Shown: in pieces, positions 8,576 through 17,303 of the stretch
How the letters are laid out: each line of letters opens with the position of its first letter
Position numbering within the stretch: position 1 is the stretch's first letter
Assembly (NCBI GenBank): GCA_022428035.1
Contig: JAKMDG010000280.1
Span: forward strand, 1-27,923
Length of the DNA: 27,923 nucleotides
DNA from: Longimicrobiales bacterium
GTDB lineage: Bacteria; Gemmatimonadota; Gemmatimonadetes; Longimicrobiales; Gaopeijiaceae
Reading direction: 5' to 3'
Position numbers and translations under genes: made by a program
The notes under the pieces: model-generated
Told to the model about the DNA's origin: nothing
What the model saw: the letters and a program-made list of their open reading frames with translations, nothing else
The model's database searches: none

Positions 8576-9691
8576 ATGGGCCTGTTCGACAAGATCAAGG
8601 GCGAGTTCATCGATGTCATCGAATGGACTGACAGCAGCCCGAACACCCTCGTCTACCGCTTTCCCCGACACAACAACGAGATCAAGAACGGTGCGGAGCT
8701 GACGGTCCGTGAGGGACAGACCGCCGTCTTAATCGACGAAGGCCAGCTGGCCGACGTGTTCGGGCCCGGGATGTACACGCTCGAGACCGCAAACCTGCCG
8801 ATCCTCTCAACCCTCAAGGGATGGAAGCACGGATTCGAGAGCCCGTTCAAGGCCGAGGTCTACTTCGTGAACATGCGTCAGTTAACGGATCAGAAGTGGG
8901 GCACGAAGAACCCGGTCACGATGCGCGATCCCGAGTTCGGTCCCGTTCGTGTGCGCGCCTTCGGGACCTATGCAATTCGCATATCGGACCCTGGAAAGTT
9001 CCTCACGGAGATCGTCGGAACGGACGGCCACTTCACTACCGAGGAGGTAACCGACCAGGTCCGTAACGTACTCGTCGCGCGCTTCTCCGATGCGATGGCG
9101 TCTTCCGGTATCCCGGTTCTGGACATGGCGGCCAACTACGACGAACTCGCCACCAAGCTCGCCGAGCGAGTGAGCACCGACATGGACGGCTACGGCATCG
9201 AACTCCGTACCCTCCTGGTCGAGAACATCTCGCTACCGCCCGCTGTTGAAGAAACGCTCGACAAGCGCACCAGCATGGGGGTCATCGGCGACCTGGATAA
9301 GTACACCCGGTTCCAGACCGCCGAAGCGATCGGCGATATGGCGAACAATCCAGGGGGTGGTGGCGCTGCCGGTGCCGGCATGGGTGCCGGTATGGGCTTC
9401 GCCATGGGTAACCAGATGGCACAATCCATGACCCCGAGTGCTCCGGCACCTCAGAGTGGAGGCGCAGCACCGCCACCGATCCCGCAGGGTCCAAAGTACT
9501 TCGCGGCAATCGACGGGCAGCAGGCAGGGCCCTTCGACGCCGCCGCGATCAAAGCCCATATCGAGGGCGGGTCCGTGACCAGGGAGACACTCGTCTGGTC
9601 AGAAGGCATGGCTGAATGGACCGCAGCCGGAGCTGTGGATGCGGTCGCGAAGCTCTTTCCTGCAACTCCGCCGCCCCTGCCCGGCCAGTGA
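8576..9691 (+). CDS. YdjI-like SPFH (band 7) protein with C-terminal GYF_2 (DUF4339-like) domain (371 aa)
   Basis: The start is reassigned to ATG 8576 (GGAGG RBS). Family-typical segments: MGLFDKIKGEFIDVIEW, LTVREGQTAVLIDEG, PFKAEVYFVN, KWGTKNP, VRVRAFGTY. The C-terminus reads YFAAIDGQQAGPF...ETLVWSEGMAEWTAAG...PPPLP. Confidence 0.88.
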   Translation: MGLFDKIKGEFIDVIEWTDSSPNTLVYRFPRHNNEIKNGAELTVREGQTAVLIDEGQLADVFGPGMYTLETANLPILSTLKGWKHGFESPFKAEVYFVNMRQLTDQKWGTKNPVTMRDPEFGPVRVRAFGTYAIRISDPGKFLTEIVGTDGHFTTEEVTDQVRNVLVARFSDAMASSGIPVLDMAANYDELATKLAERVSTDMDGYGIELRTLLVENISLPPAVEETLDKRTSMGVIGDLDKYTRFQTAEAIGDMANNPGGGGAAGAGMGAGMGFAMGNQMAQSMTPSAPAPQSGGAAPPPIPQGPKYFAAIDGQQAGPFDAAAIKAHIEGGSVTRETLVWSEGMAEWTAAGAVDAVAKLFPATPPPLPGQ

Positions 9692-9706
9692 TCGCAGGCG
9701 TACGAT

Positions 9707-10798
9707 ATGAGTGATGGCGCCCGCCAGTTCCCTTGTGAACAGTGCGGGGCCAAAGTCGAGTTCGCAGCGGGTACTGATGTACTCGAATGCCCGTACTGCG
9801 GGAACCAGACCCGCATTCCGTCATCGAACGAGGGTATCGAGGAACTCGACTTCCTCGATGCCCTCGCGGACCATCTGGGTGAAGACGCTGAAACCGAAGA
9901 GGTCTCCTCGGTCCAGTGCGGGTCGTGCGCAGCGTTGGTCGAGCCCTCTCCTTCACACGAGGCATTCCCCTGCCCGTATTGCGGCACGAGCATCGTGGCC
10001 CGTGAGAAGTCACAGCGCCTCCTCAAGCCGTCGGCGCTGCTCCCCTTCAAGATCGATCGCGACCGGGCGACCAACCTTTTCCGCGGCTGGATTCACAAGC
10101 TCTGGTTTGCCCCCAATGCGCTGAAGAAGCTGGCCCAGCTCGACGGGCGACTTCAGGGCCTCTACGCCCCGTACTGGACATACGACGCGGATACCGTGAG
10201 CACGTACACCGGCCAGCGCGGTGACAACTACACGGTCACGAAGACGCGTACCGTGACGCGGGACGGCAAAACCGTCCGGGAGACCTACCAGGACACCGAG
10301 ATCCGCTGGCGGTCCGCCGCAGGACGGGTTTCGCGGGACTTCGACGACATGCTCGTGGTTGGGTCCAACTCTCTCCCTCGAGACCTGGCCGAAGAGCTCG
10401 AACCGTGGGACCTGCAGAACCTGACCTCGTACGCCGACGAGTTTCTTTCGGGTTTCACGGCTGAGCGCTACCAGATCGACGTCAAATCCGGCTGGAGACG
10501 AGCCGTCGAGCGGATGGAGGATGTCATCCGCGGTGATGTCCGCCGAGACATCGGAGGTGACCACCAGCGCATCGCGACGCTGACCACGAAGCACAGCGAC
10601 ATCACATTCAAACACGTACTGCTGCCGATGTGGATCTGCTCCTACAAATACAAGGATAAGATCTACCGCTTTCTGGTGAACGCTCGAACCGGCGAAGTCC
10701 AGGGCCAGCGGCCGTGGAGCTGGGTGAAGATCACCCTTGCCCTCTTTGGAGCGGCCGCGATCGCCTACATGCTCTACAGGATCTTCGAGCGACTGTAG
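9707..10798 (+). CDS. YdjG-like zinc-ribbon membrane protein (363 aa; family often mislabelled as primosomal protein N'/helicase)
   Basis: Four CxxC motifs (CEQC, CPYC, CGSC, CPYC), LYAPYWTYD, VLLPMW, FLVNARTGEVQGQRPWS, and a C-terminal TM helix. No Walker A/B motifs. It sits 15 bp after the SPFH gene. Confidence 0.8.
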   Translation: MSDGARQFPCEQCGAKVEFAAGTDVLECPYCGNQTRIPSSNEGIEELDFLDALADHLGEDAETEEVSSVQCGSCAALVEPSPSHEAFPCPYCGTSIVAREKSQRLLKPSALLPFKIDRDRATNLFRGWIHKLWFAPNALKKLAQLDGRLQGLYAPYWTYDADTVSTYTGQRGDNYTVTKTRTVTRDGKTVRETYQDTEIRWRSAAGRVSRDFDDMLVVGSNSLPRDLAEELEPWDLQNLTSYADEFLSGFTAERYQIDVKSGWRRAVERMEDVIRGDVRRDIGGDHQRIATLTTKHSDITFKHVLLPMWICSYKYKDKIYRFLVNARTGEVQGQRPWSWVKITLALFGAAAIAYMLYRIFERL

Positions 10799-10979
10799 TC
10801 ACAGCGCGAACCTCGGGAACCGCGAAACAGTCCAGCGCCTCTCCTGTATCACGGAATTCAAGATTCTGGACGACTTGTCCCGACCCTTCGAGTCGGGCAT
10901 GCTTCCAGACTGGATCAACCCTGTTCTCCACGGACACCGGCCCCGTTGTCGACGTCCGTTCCTGTAACGCGAGGCTGGT

Positions 10980-13349
10980 ATGAAGCGGATCTGTTTGACA
11001 CTCACGGCTGCCGCGGTGGCAGCTGGGTGGGCAAGCCCCTCGAGCGCGCAGTCGTTCGGAAACGCGGTGGCGGTCAGCGGCGAGCAAATTCTCGTCGGTG
11101 AACCCGTGTACGAAATGCGCTCTGGCGTGGTCTACGTCTTCGACCGTGACGCGAGTGGGGATTGGGTACAGAGCCAGATGCTCGAGCCCGCGGATGCTTC
11201 GGCAGCCAACCGCTTCGGGATCAACCTTGTCGCGCAGGATGACCTGCTCCTCGTGTCCGCGACGCGTGACGACGACGGCACGGGCGCGGTCTACACCTAC
11301 CGTAACAACGGCGGCACGTGGAACGAGACCGGCCGTCTGATCACCGACGACCGATCCCCAGCGGATAGTCTCGGTAGCGGACTCGACATCGATGGCGACT
11401 GGATCGCGGTCGGTACCATCGCGCAAAACAGTGCGCGCGGTGCCGTCTACACCTTCCGCCGTGACGGCGACAACTGGGTGCAGCACTCCAAGCTGGCCCC
11501 GACTGAGCTCATGCCTGAGTCCCGCTTCGGCGCGGAGCTCGCGCTCTCCGGCGAGCACCTCATGGTTTCCGCTCCATCCGCGGACGACGGGCAGGGCGCC
11601 GTCTATTCGTTCCGTTACGATGCGGACACCGACTCCTGGATCGAAGGTGGCGCACTTCAGGCCCCCCTTGTGAACGCTCAGGCGGCGTTCGGCTCCGACA
11701 TCGCCATCGCCGGCGATGTCGCGCTGGTCGGGTCACCAGGCAACATCGTCGGCATCGGTTCCGTCGTGGCCTACACGTTCGAGGAAGGTGCCTGGGAGCT
11801 CGGCACCATGCTGATCCCTTTCGAAGCCGCTGCGCAGACGGGCTTCGGCGGAAGCATCAACTTCGACGGCGAGACCGCGCTCATCGGAGCCGCCACCGCA
11901 GGCTTCGGCCAGGGTCGCGTCTTCACGTACACATACGACACGGACTCGGGTGCGTGGACGAGCGTGACGCAGAGTGGAAACGGCGTTGAGGCCGAGGAGC
12001 TTTTCGCGGCAGAGGTCGCGGTCGGAGCAGGCTTCGCAGTCGGTACCGCACCCCGTGCGGACAACGGGACGGGGGCGGCCTACGTACTGAACTGGAGCGC
12101 AGACGGGTGGATCCCCGCCGGACAGCTGAGTGGTGTCATGCTTGGTATCGACGCGATCACCGGTGACGAGATCCGGTGCTCCGAAGAGGGTGAAGCGGAT
12201 ATGTTCGACTGTGAATCGGTCGACCTTCTATCGTTCATTCCGCTTGGGGACATGGACGCCGAGCGCGGTATCAATGCGAACGACGTCTGGGGATGGACCG
12301 ACTCCGAAACCGGTCGGGAGATCGTTCTGGTCGGCATGACGAACCAGACGGCATTCGTCGACGTGACCAACCCTGGCAGCCCACTGTACCTCGGCCGTCT
12401 ACCGATGACCGAGGGGTCGAACACGACCGTGTGGCGCGACATGAAGGTCTACCAGGACCACATGTACGTCGTTGCGGACAACGCGGGTCAGCACGGGATG
12501 CAGGTCTTCGACCTGACGCACCTCCGTGACCTCGATGGGTCGGACCCGGTGACGTTCACTGAGGACGCGAATTACGACCGTATTCACAGCGCCCACAACA
12601 TCGTGATCAACGAGGAGACGGGCTTCGCCTACTCGGTGGGCAGCAGCGGTGGTGGTGAGACATGTGGTGGTGGACTCCACATGATCAACATCCAGGACCC
12701 GGTCAACCCGACGTTCGCAGGCTGCTTTCAGGACATGACCACGGGTCGTGACCGGACAGGCTACTCACACGATGCGCAGTGTGTTGTCTACCATGGCCCC
12801 GACGAGGACTACGCGGGTCGTGAGATCTGCCTCGGCGCGAACGAGACCGCACTCTCGATTGCTGACGTAACGGACAAGGATGCTCCGGTGGCTGTCGCCA
12901 TGGCGACGTACCCGAACGTCGCGTATTCCCACCAGGGCTGGCTCTCGTCTGATCACCGCTACTTCTACATGGGTGACGAGCTCGACGAGACCGGCGGTAA
13001 CGTCGCCAACACGCGGACGCTGATCTGGGATCTCGAGGACCTCGACGATCCGATCCTCGCCCGCGAGTTCATGGCCGAAACAGCGGCCACCGACCACAAC
13101 CTCTACATCGTGGGCAACACGATGTACCAGTCGAACTACAAGAGTGGCCTGCGGGTGCTCGACGTCTCGGATCCGGAAAACCCGGTGCCGGTCGGCTCGT
13201 TCGACACGATGCCCTACGGTGGCGACGATGCGCAGATGAGCGGTTCGTGGTCGAACTATCCCTACTTCCAGAGTGGCATCGTCGCGGTGACCAGCGGGGA
13301 TGAAGGTCTCTTCATCGTTCGCTACCGTCCGCGGACGATCTCTCAGTAA
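10980..13349 (+). CDS. Exported choice-of-anchor B family protein with N-terminal FG-GAP-like propeller (789 aa)
   Basis: Signal peptide ending SSA-Q. Repeated FGxxxAxxGDxxxVGA...GAVY units in the N-terminal half. The C-terminal domain has NDVWGWTD, WRDMKVYQDHMYVV, AHNIVINEETGFAY, HDAQCVVYHGPD, HQGWL, HNLY, WSNYPYFQSG. Confidence 0.88.
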   Translation: MKRICLTLTAAAVAAGWASPSSAQSFGNAVAVSGEQILVGEPVYEMRSGVVYVFDRDASGDWVQSQMLEPADASAANRFGINLVAQDDLLLVSATRDDDGTGAVYTYRNNGGTWNETGRLITDDRSPADSLGSGLDIDGDWIAVGTIAQNSARGAVYTFRRDGDNWVQHSKLAPTELMPESRFGAELALSGEHLMVSAPSADDGQGAVYSFRYDADTDSWIEGGALQAPLVNAQAAFGSDIAIAGDVALVGSPGNIVGIGSVVAYTFEEGAWELGTMLIPFEAAAQTGFGGSINFDGETALIGAATAGFGQGRVFTYTYDTDSGAWTSVTQSGNGVEAEELFAAEVAVGAGFAVGTAPRADNGTGAAYVLNWSADGWIPAGQLSGVMLGIDAITGDEIRCSEEGEADMFDCESVDLLSFIPLGDMDAERGINANDVWGWTDSETGREIVLVGMTNQTAFVDVTNPGSPLYLGRLPMTEGSNTTVWRDMKVYQDHMYVVADNAGQHGMQVFDLTHLRDLDGSDPVTFTEDANYDRIHSAHNIVINEETGFAYSVGSSGGGETCGGGLHMINIQDPVNPTFAGCFQDMTTGRDRTGYSHDAQCVVYHGPDEDYAGREICLGANETALSIADVTDKDAPVAVAMATYPNVAYSHQGWLSSDHRYFYMGDELDETGGNVANTRTLIWDLEDLDDPILAREFMAETAATDHNLYIVGNTMYQSNYKSGLRVLDVSDPENPVPVGSFDTMPYGGDDAQMSGSWSNYPYFQSGIVAVTSGDEGLFIVRYRPRTISQ

Positions 13350-14440
13350 TGGTGGACGCCATGTCGCGGCATGTCTGGCGGCTTGCGCCGCATCGACTGA
13401 CCACCCTGATCGTAGCGGTGGGGACACTGGTCCCTGCCGCTGCGGTCGAGGCTCAGAGCCTTCTGTATGTGGCCAGTCAGGAAGAGGTGACCGTCGCTGT
13501 CATCGACATGGGCACGAACGAGCTGGTGGAGACCGTCGACCTCAAGACGATGGGCTACTCCGAGACGGCAAAGGCACACCATACGGCCGTCGAGCCCGAT
13601 GGCTCCCACTGGTATGTCTCACTCATCGCAGCCGGCAAGGTTCTGAAGTTCGATCGGGACAACCGGCTCGTCGGCGACGTGGACTTCGAGACGCCAGGCA
13701 TGTTGAGTCTCGATCCGGAATCCGATCTGCTCTACGTCGGGCGATCGATGGCGGCCGTGAATCCTCCGCAGCGCATCGGTGTCGTGCATCGGTCGACGAT
13801 GGAGATCGAAGAAGTCGACGTCTTCTTCCCGCGCCCCCACGCTCTGATCGTCGACACCCACGGGGATCGCTTCTTCGCGGCGAGCCTGGGCCAGAACTCG
13901 ATCGCCTACGCACCGCTCGGCGACGAGAACGTCGACCTGCTCGGCCTTGATGGCATGAACCACATGCTGGTTCAGTTCGCCGTGTCTCCAGACGGCAACT
14001 GGATGGTCGGTGGCGGGCAGATGACTGGGGATCTTCTGATTTTCGATCTCACCAGTGACGAGCCGCGAGTAGTGAACTCCGTGGATGTTGGCGGTCAGCC
14101 ATGGCACCCGACATTCACGCCCGACGGCCGATATGTATGGATTCCGAATCAGACGGCCAATACGGTCACCGTGGTGGAGACAGAAAACTGGTCGGTGACG
14201 GACGTCGTCGAGCATCCCGCGCTGGTCGAGCCGCACGGCTCTGCGGTCTCGCCGGACGGATCCACGGTATACGTCTCAGGGCGAAATGTCGCAGGTACGT
14301 ATCACCCTGCGGACGGTAGCGAGGGGCGGCCGGGCACGGTCGTCGCCATCGACACCAGAACGCACGAGGTAGTCGCGGTGGTCGAAGTCGGCCGCTACGC
14401 AGCCGGGATGTCGGCGCCGTCCCGCAGCCCAGGAGACTGA
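13349..14440 (+). CDS. Exported YncE/YVTN-type beta-propeller protein (363 aa)
   Basis: TAATG overlap with the upstream gene. Signal peptide ending VEA-Q. Repeats include VAVIDMGTNE, AVSPDGNW, PTFTPDGRYVWI, AVSPDGSTVYVS, VVAIDTRTHEVV. Confidence 0.85.
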   Translation: MVDAMSRHVWRLAPHRLTTLIVAVGTLVPAAAVEAQSLLYVASQEEVTVAVIDMGTNELVETVDLKTMGYSETAKAHHTAVEPDGSHWYVSLIAAGKVLKFDRDNRLVGDVDFETPGMLSLDPESDLLYVGRSMAAVNPPQRIGVVHRSTMEIEEVDVFFPRPHALIVDTHGDRFFAASLGQNSIAYAPLGDENVDLLGLDGMNHMLVQFAVSPDGNWMVGGGQMTGDLLIFDLTSDEPRVVNSVDVGGQPWHPTFTPDGRYVWIPNQTANTVTVVETENWSVTDVVEHPALVEPHGSAVSPDGSTVYVSGRNVAGTYHPADGSEGRPGTVVAIDTRTHEVVAVVEVGRYAAGMSAPSRSPGD

Positions 14441-14445
14441 GGCAC

Positions 14446-16314
14446 GTGAGTCGTCGACTCGGCGCGCTCCTCACGCCTGTGGTGCTGGCCGCATGCGCGT
14501 CGGGTATGAGTGGGCCTGCGGGCGTCTCAGAGGCGACTGGACCCGGCGAGGCAGCCGTCGATGTGTTCGGCTCTTCCCCGCAGGGAGAAGGCTATTATCG
14601 ACACATCACCGGTATCCCCGTAGTCGACGAGGCAGGCCAGCCGATCGGCCAACCGTTCCTCGGCGGCTTCAACATCCCTCGTCCGCAACTCATCGACATT
14701 GACGCGGACGGCGACGAAGACCTGTTCCTTCAGGAGTCGTCCGGGAGTGTGATGTTCTTCGAACACGTCCCGGGCGCGGACGTCCCGTTCCAGTGGCGCA
14801 CGGATCGGTATCAGGATCTGGAGGTGGGCGAGTGGTACCGGGTCGTCGACCTCGTTCGGGACGGTGATCACGACCTGCTGGCGGAGCGGCCATTCAGCTA
14901 CGTGCGCTACTACCGAAACGATGGCACCCGTGAAGTAGCGCGGTTCGTGGAGGCGGCCGACACCATTCGTGACACCGAGGACCGCGCGATCTTCTCCGAT
15001 CGGCAGAACATCCCCAACGCCACAGACATCGACGGCGACGGACGAATGGACCTGCTCATCGGCCGTCTCGAGGGCACGGTGACCCGGTACGAAGAGACCG
15101 GGACCGACGAGAACGGCGTACCGCTCTTCGAGTTGATCACCGATCGCTTCGAGGGCATCGAGATCGTCGCCCAGATCGGCAGCCTCCACGGCGCGAACAC
15201 GATGGCGCTCGGGGACGTCGATGATGATGGCGACGAAGACCTCTTCTGGGGCGACTACTTCGAGCCCGGCATCCTGTACCTGGAAAACACGGGCTCGCGC
15301 ACACGACCCAACCTCCGTGGTGAGCCCCTTCCCTTCCCGACGCAGGAGCCGGTACACACCAGCGGATACAACGCCCCAACCGTCGGAGACGTAGATGGTG
15401 ACGGGGACCAGGACCTTCTCATGGGCGTCCTGGGCGGAGCGTACAACCCCAACACAACGACCGCGGACAACTTCCACTACATCGAGCAATCGCGGCCGGA
15501 CTTCTTCGAACACCGCACGTCGCGCTTCCTCTCGACGATCGATTTCGGGGCGGAGACGATTCCGATTCCGGTCGACCTGGACAGTGACGGCGACATCGAC
15601 CTGCTGGTCGGCAACAAGATCGAGCAGGGTGACACCCAGAACGGCAAGCTCTACCGGCTCGTCAACGACGGTTCACCAAGTGCTCCCCTCTTCCGCTATG
15701 ACGGTGACATGGACGTGGGCGGTGGCTACCACCTGATCCCCGCCTTCGGGGATCTGGATGCCGACGGGGACCTCGATGCAATCGTCGGAACGTGGTCCGA
15801 TCAGCTGCGTCTCTTCCGAAACGACGCTACCGATGGATCCATCGCCCTGAGCTTCGTCGACTCGACATCAGTCGCCCTCACACGCGGCCGCAATGCGACA
15901 CCGACGCTAGGCGACATCGACGGCGATGGAGATCTCGATCTCTTCGTCGGCGAAAGCTCGGGGACGATCAACTTCTACGAGAACATCGGCACACCGCAGC
16001 GTGCGGAGTTCTCTTTGGTCAGCGACGAGTACGGCGACTTCGACGTCGGTCGGCGCAGCCTGCCCGTCCTCCGTGATGCGGACAGGGACGGAGACCTCGA
16101 CCTCTACGTCGGATCCGAGGGTGAAGGGGTGATCCTCTTCACCAACCAGGGTTCACCGAGCTCACCGTCGTTCGTGGAAACCGGTCGAGTCGACCTGGAC
16201 GACACATCGTTCGCAGCACCCGCCTTCGCCGACCTTGATGCCGACGGAGATGACGACATCGTGCTGGGGACCGGCGGCGGTGGCCTCTGGCTGTACGAGA
16301 ACCGCCGCCGCTAG
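14446..16314 (+). CDS. FG-GAP/VCBS-repeat lipoprotein (622 aa)
   Basis: GTG start 5 bp after the upstream stop, lipobox VLAAC, and ten DxDxDGDxD(L/I/A)-type repeats. Confidence 0.88.
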   Translation: MSRRLGALLTPVVLAACASGMSGPAGVSEATGPGEAAVDVFGSSPQGEGYYRHITGIPVVDEAGQPIGQPFLGGFNIPRPQLIDIDADGDEDLFLQESSGSVMFFEHVPGADVPFQWRTDRYQDLEVGEWYRVVDLVRDGDHDLLAERPFSYVRYYRNDGTREVARFVEAADTIRDTEDRAIFSDRQNIPNATDIDGDGRMDLLIGRLEGTVTRYEETGTDENGVPLFELITDRFEGIEIVAQIGSLHGANTMALGDVDDDGDEDLFWGDYFEPGILYLENTGSRTRPNLRGEPLPFPTQEPVHTSGYNAPTVGDVDGDGDQDLLMGVLGGAYNPNTTTADNFHYIEQSRPDFFEHRTSRFLSTIDFGAETIPIPVDLDSDGDIDLLVGNKIEQGDTQNGKLYRLVNDGSPSAPLFRYDGDMDVGGGYHLIPAFGDLDADGDLDAIVGTWSDQLRLFRNDATDGSIALSFVDSTSVALTRGRNATPTLGDIDGDGDLDLFVGESSGTINFYENIGTPQRAEFSLVSDEYGDFDVGRRSLPVLRDADRDGDLDLYVGSEGEGVILFTNQGSPSSPSFVETGRVDLDDTSFAAPAFADLDADGDDDIVLGTGGGGLWLYENRRR

Positions 16315-16366
16315 ACCTGAGCTCAGCGGGCCACACGGTGCCGATGGTCGGGGCAGGATGGAACGC

Positions 16367-17131
16367 TCAGACCTGTCCCGTCGACACCCGTCGAAAGATC
16401 TCGACCGCCGTCTCCAGCCGCATCGGGGAGTCCTGAATCCACTCATCCCACACCTGATCAGGCCAGCGCCCCTCGGACGCGCCCTGAACCAGCACATCCA
16501 CCAGCCTCGAGAGCAACTCTCGCAGATCCGGCGCGGCAAGGTTCATGCGGGGCCACATGCCGGCGATGACCCGCATGGACTCCCGACCACGCCCGAGGAT
16601 CGACACCAGTTCCGCGTCTTCCAAGAAGGGTCCACGTGAGGCGGCGAGAAGAGTCCGTCCCAGAAGCTCCACCACATCATCATCGAGCTTTCTGAGCAGC
16701 ACCTTCTGCGACTGAAACTCGAGTACCCGTCCCAGGAAGGTCATCAGCGGATAGACGGACTCGCCCAGTCGATCGAGGACGATCGGAGGCGCATCTCGCG
16801 GATACAGATACAACCGATCGAAGTGATCCTCTTTCAACGCGACCTTCTCGGACATCTCGGGAGAAATCCAGTCGTATCCGACCAGCTCCGGAAATGCGAC
16901 GAGGTCATATGCGTCATCGCTGACCACGCGAGCTACCCGGCGTGGGGTCACGACGTATGCGCTTCCATCCCCCGCGTCGATCCGTACAGCGGTCCCCGCA
17001 CCGGCGAGGACGTCTGCCTCTCCGAAGGGGTCTCGCGCAATCAATTCCGCATTGAGACCCCGGCGCTTCGCGAGGGCCTCCTGGAAGATCTCAACGAGCT
17101 GCTCCGTGAGGAGCCAGTCGACCATGGTCAT
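16367..17131 (-). CDS. Hypothetical protein (about 254 aa)
   Basis: Globular-protein-like composition from ATG 17131 onward, filling the gap between convergent and divergent neighbours. The extra 58 N-terminal codons of the ORF-track call look non-coding. No family recognised with confidence. Confidence 0.7.
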   Translation of the reverse strand: MTMVDWLLTEQLVEIFQEALAKRRGLNAELIARDPFGEADVLAGAGTAVRIDAGDGSAYVVTPRRVARVVSDDAYDLVAFPELVGYDWISPEMSEKVALKEDHFDRLYLYPRDAPPIVLDRLGESVYPLMTFLGRVLEFQSQKVLLRKLDDDVVELLGRTLLAASRGPFLEDAELVSILGRGRESMRVIAGMWPRMNLAAPDLRELLSRLVDVLVQGASEGRWPDQVWDEWIQDSPMRLETAVEIFRRVSTGQV

Positions 17132-17303
17132 AGGCTGCGGATCATCCTCCCTGAATCGTGTAGGACAGCTCCTCACAAGCGTCCTCGGTGCCGAGCTTCC
17201 GGAAGGTCGAAGGCCTTGCGAGTCTGGGACACCCCCGCCTAGTCTGCCACCTGTCGTGCTCCGTACGCCTCTGGTCCACCCGCAATCCCCCCGGGACGTC
17301 CCC

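Noticed and set aside
9707-10798. Primosomal protein N'/helicase annotation often attached to this family
   Set aside because: No Walker A/B or helicase motifs; only zinc ribbons and a TM helix are present.
14527-15513. 328-aa antisense ORF inside the FG-GAP gene, and 275-aa antisense ORF 10731-11558
   Set aside because: Antisense to well-supported genes with strong codon bias. No motif or RBS; the Val-rich text mirrors the Asp-rich sense strand.
17291-17303. GGGACGTCCC palindrome just before the creatininase-like ATG
   Set aside because: Short and GC-rich, so expected by chance, and too tight to form a stable hairpin.
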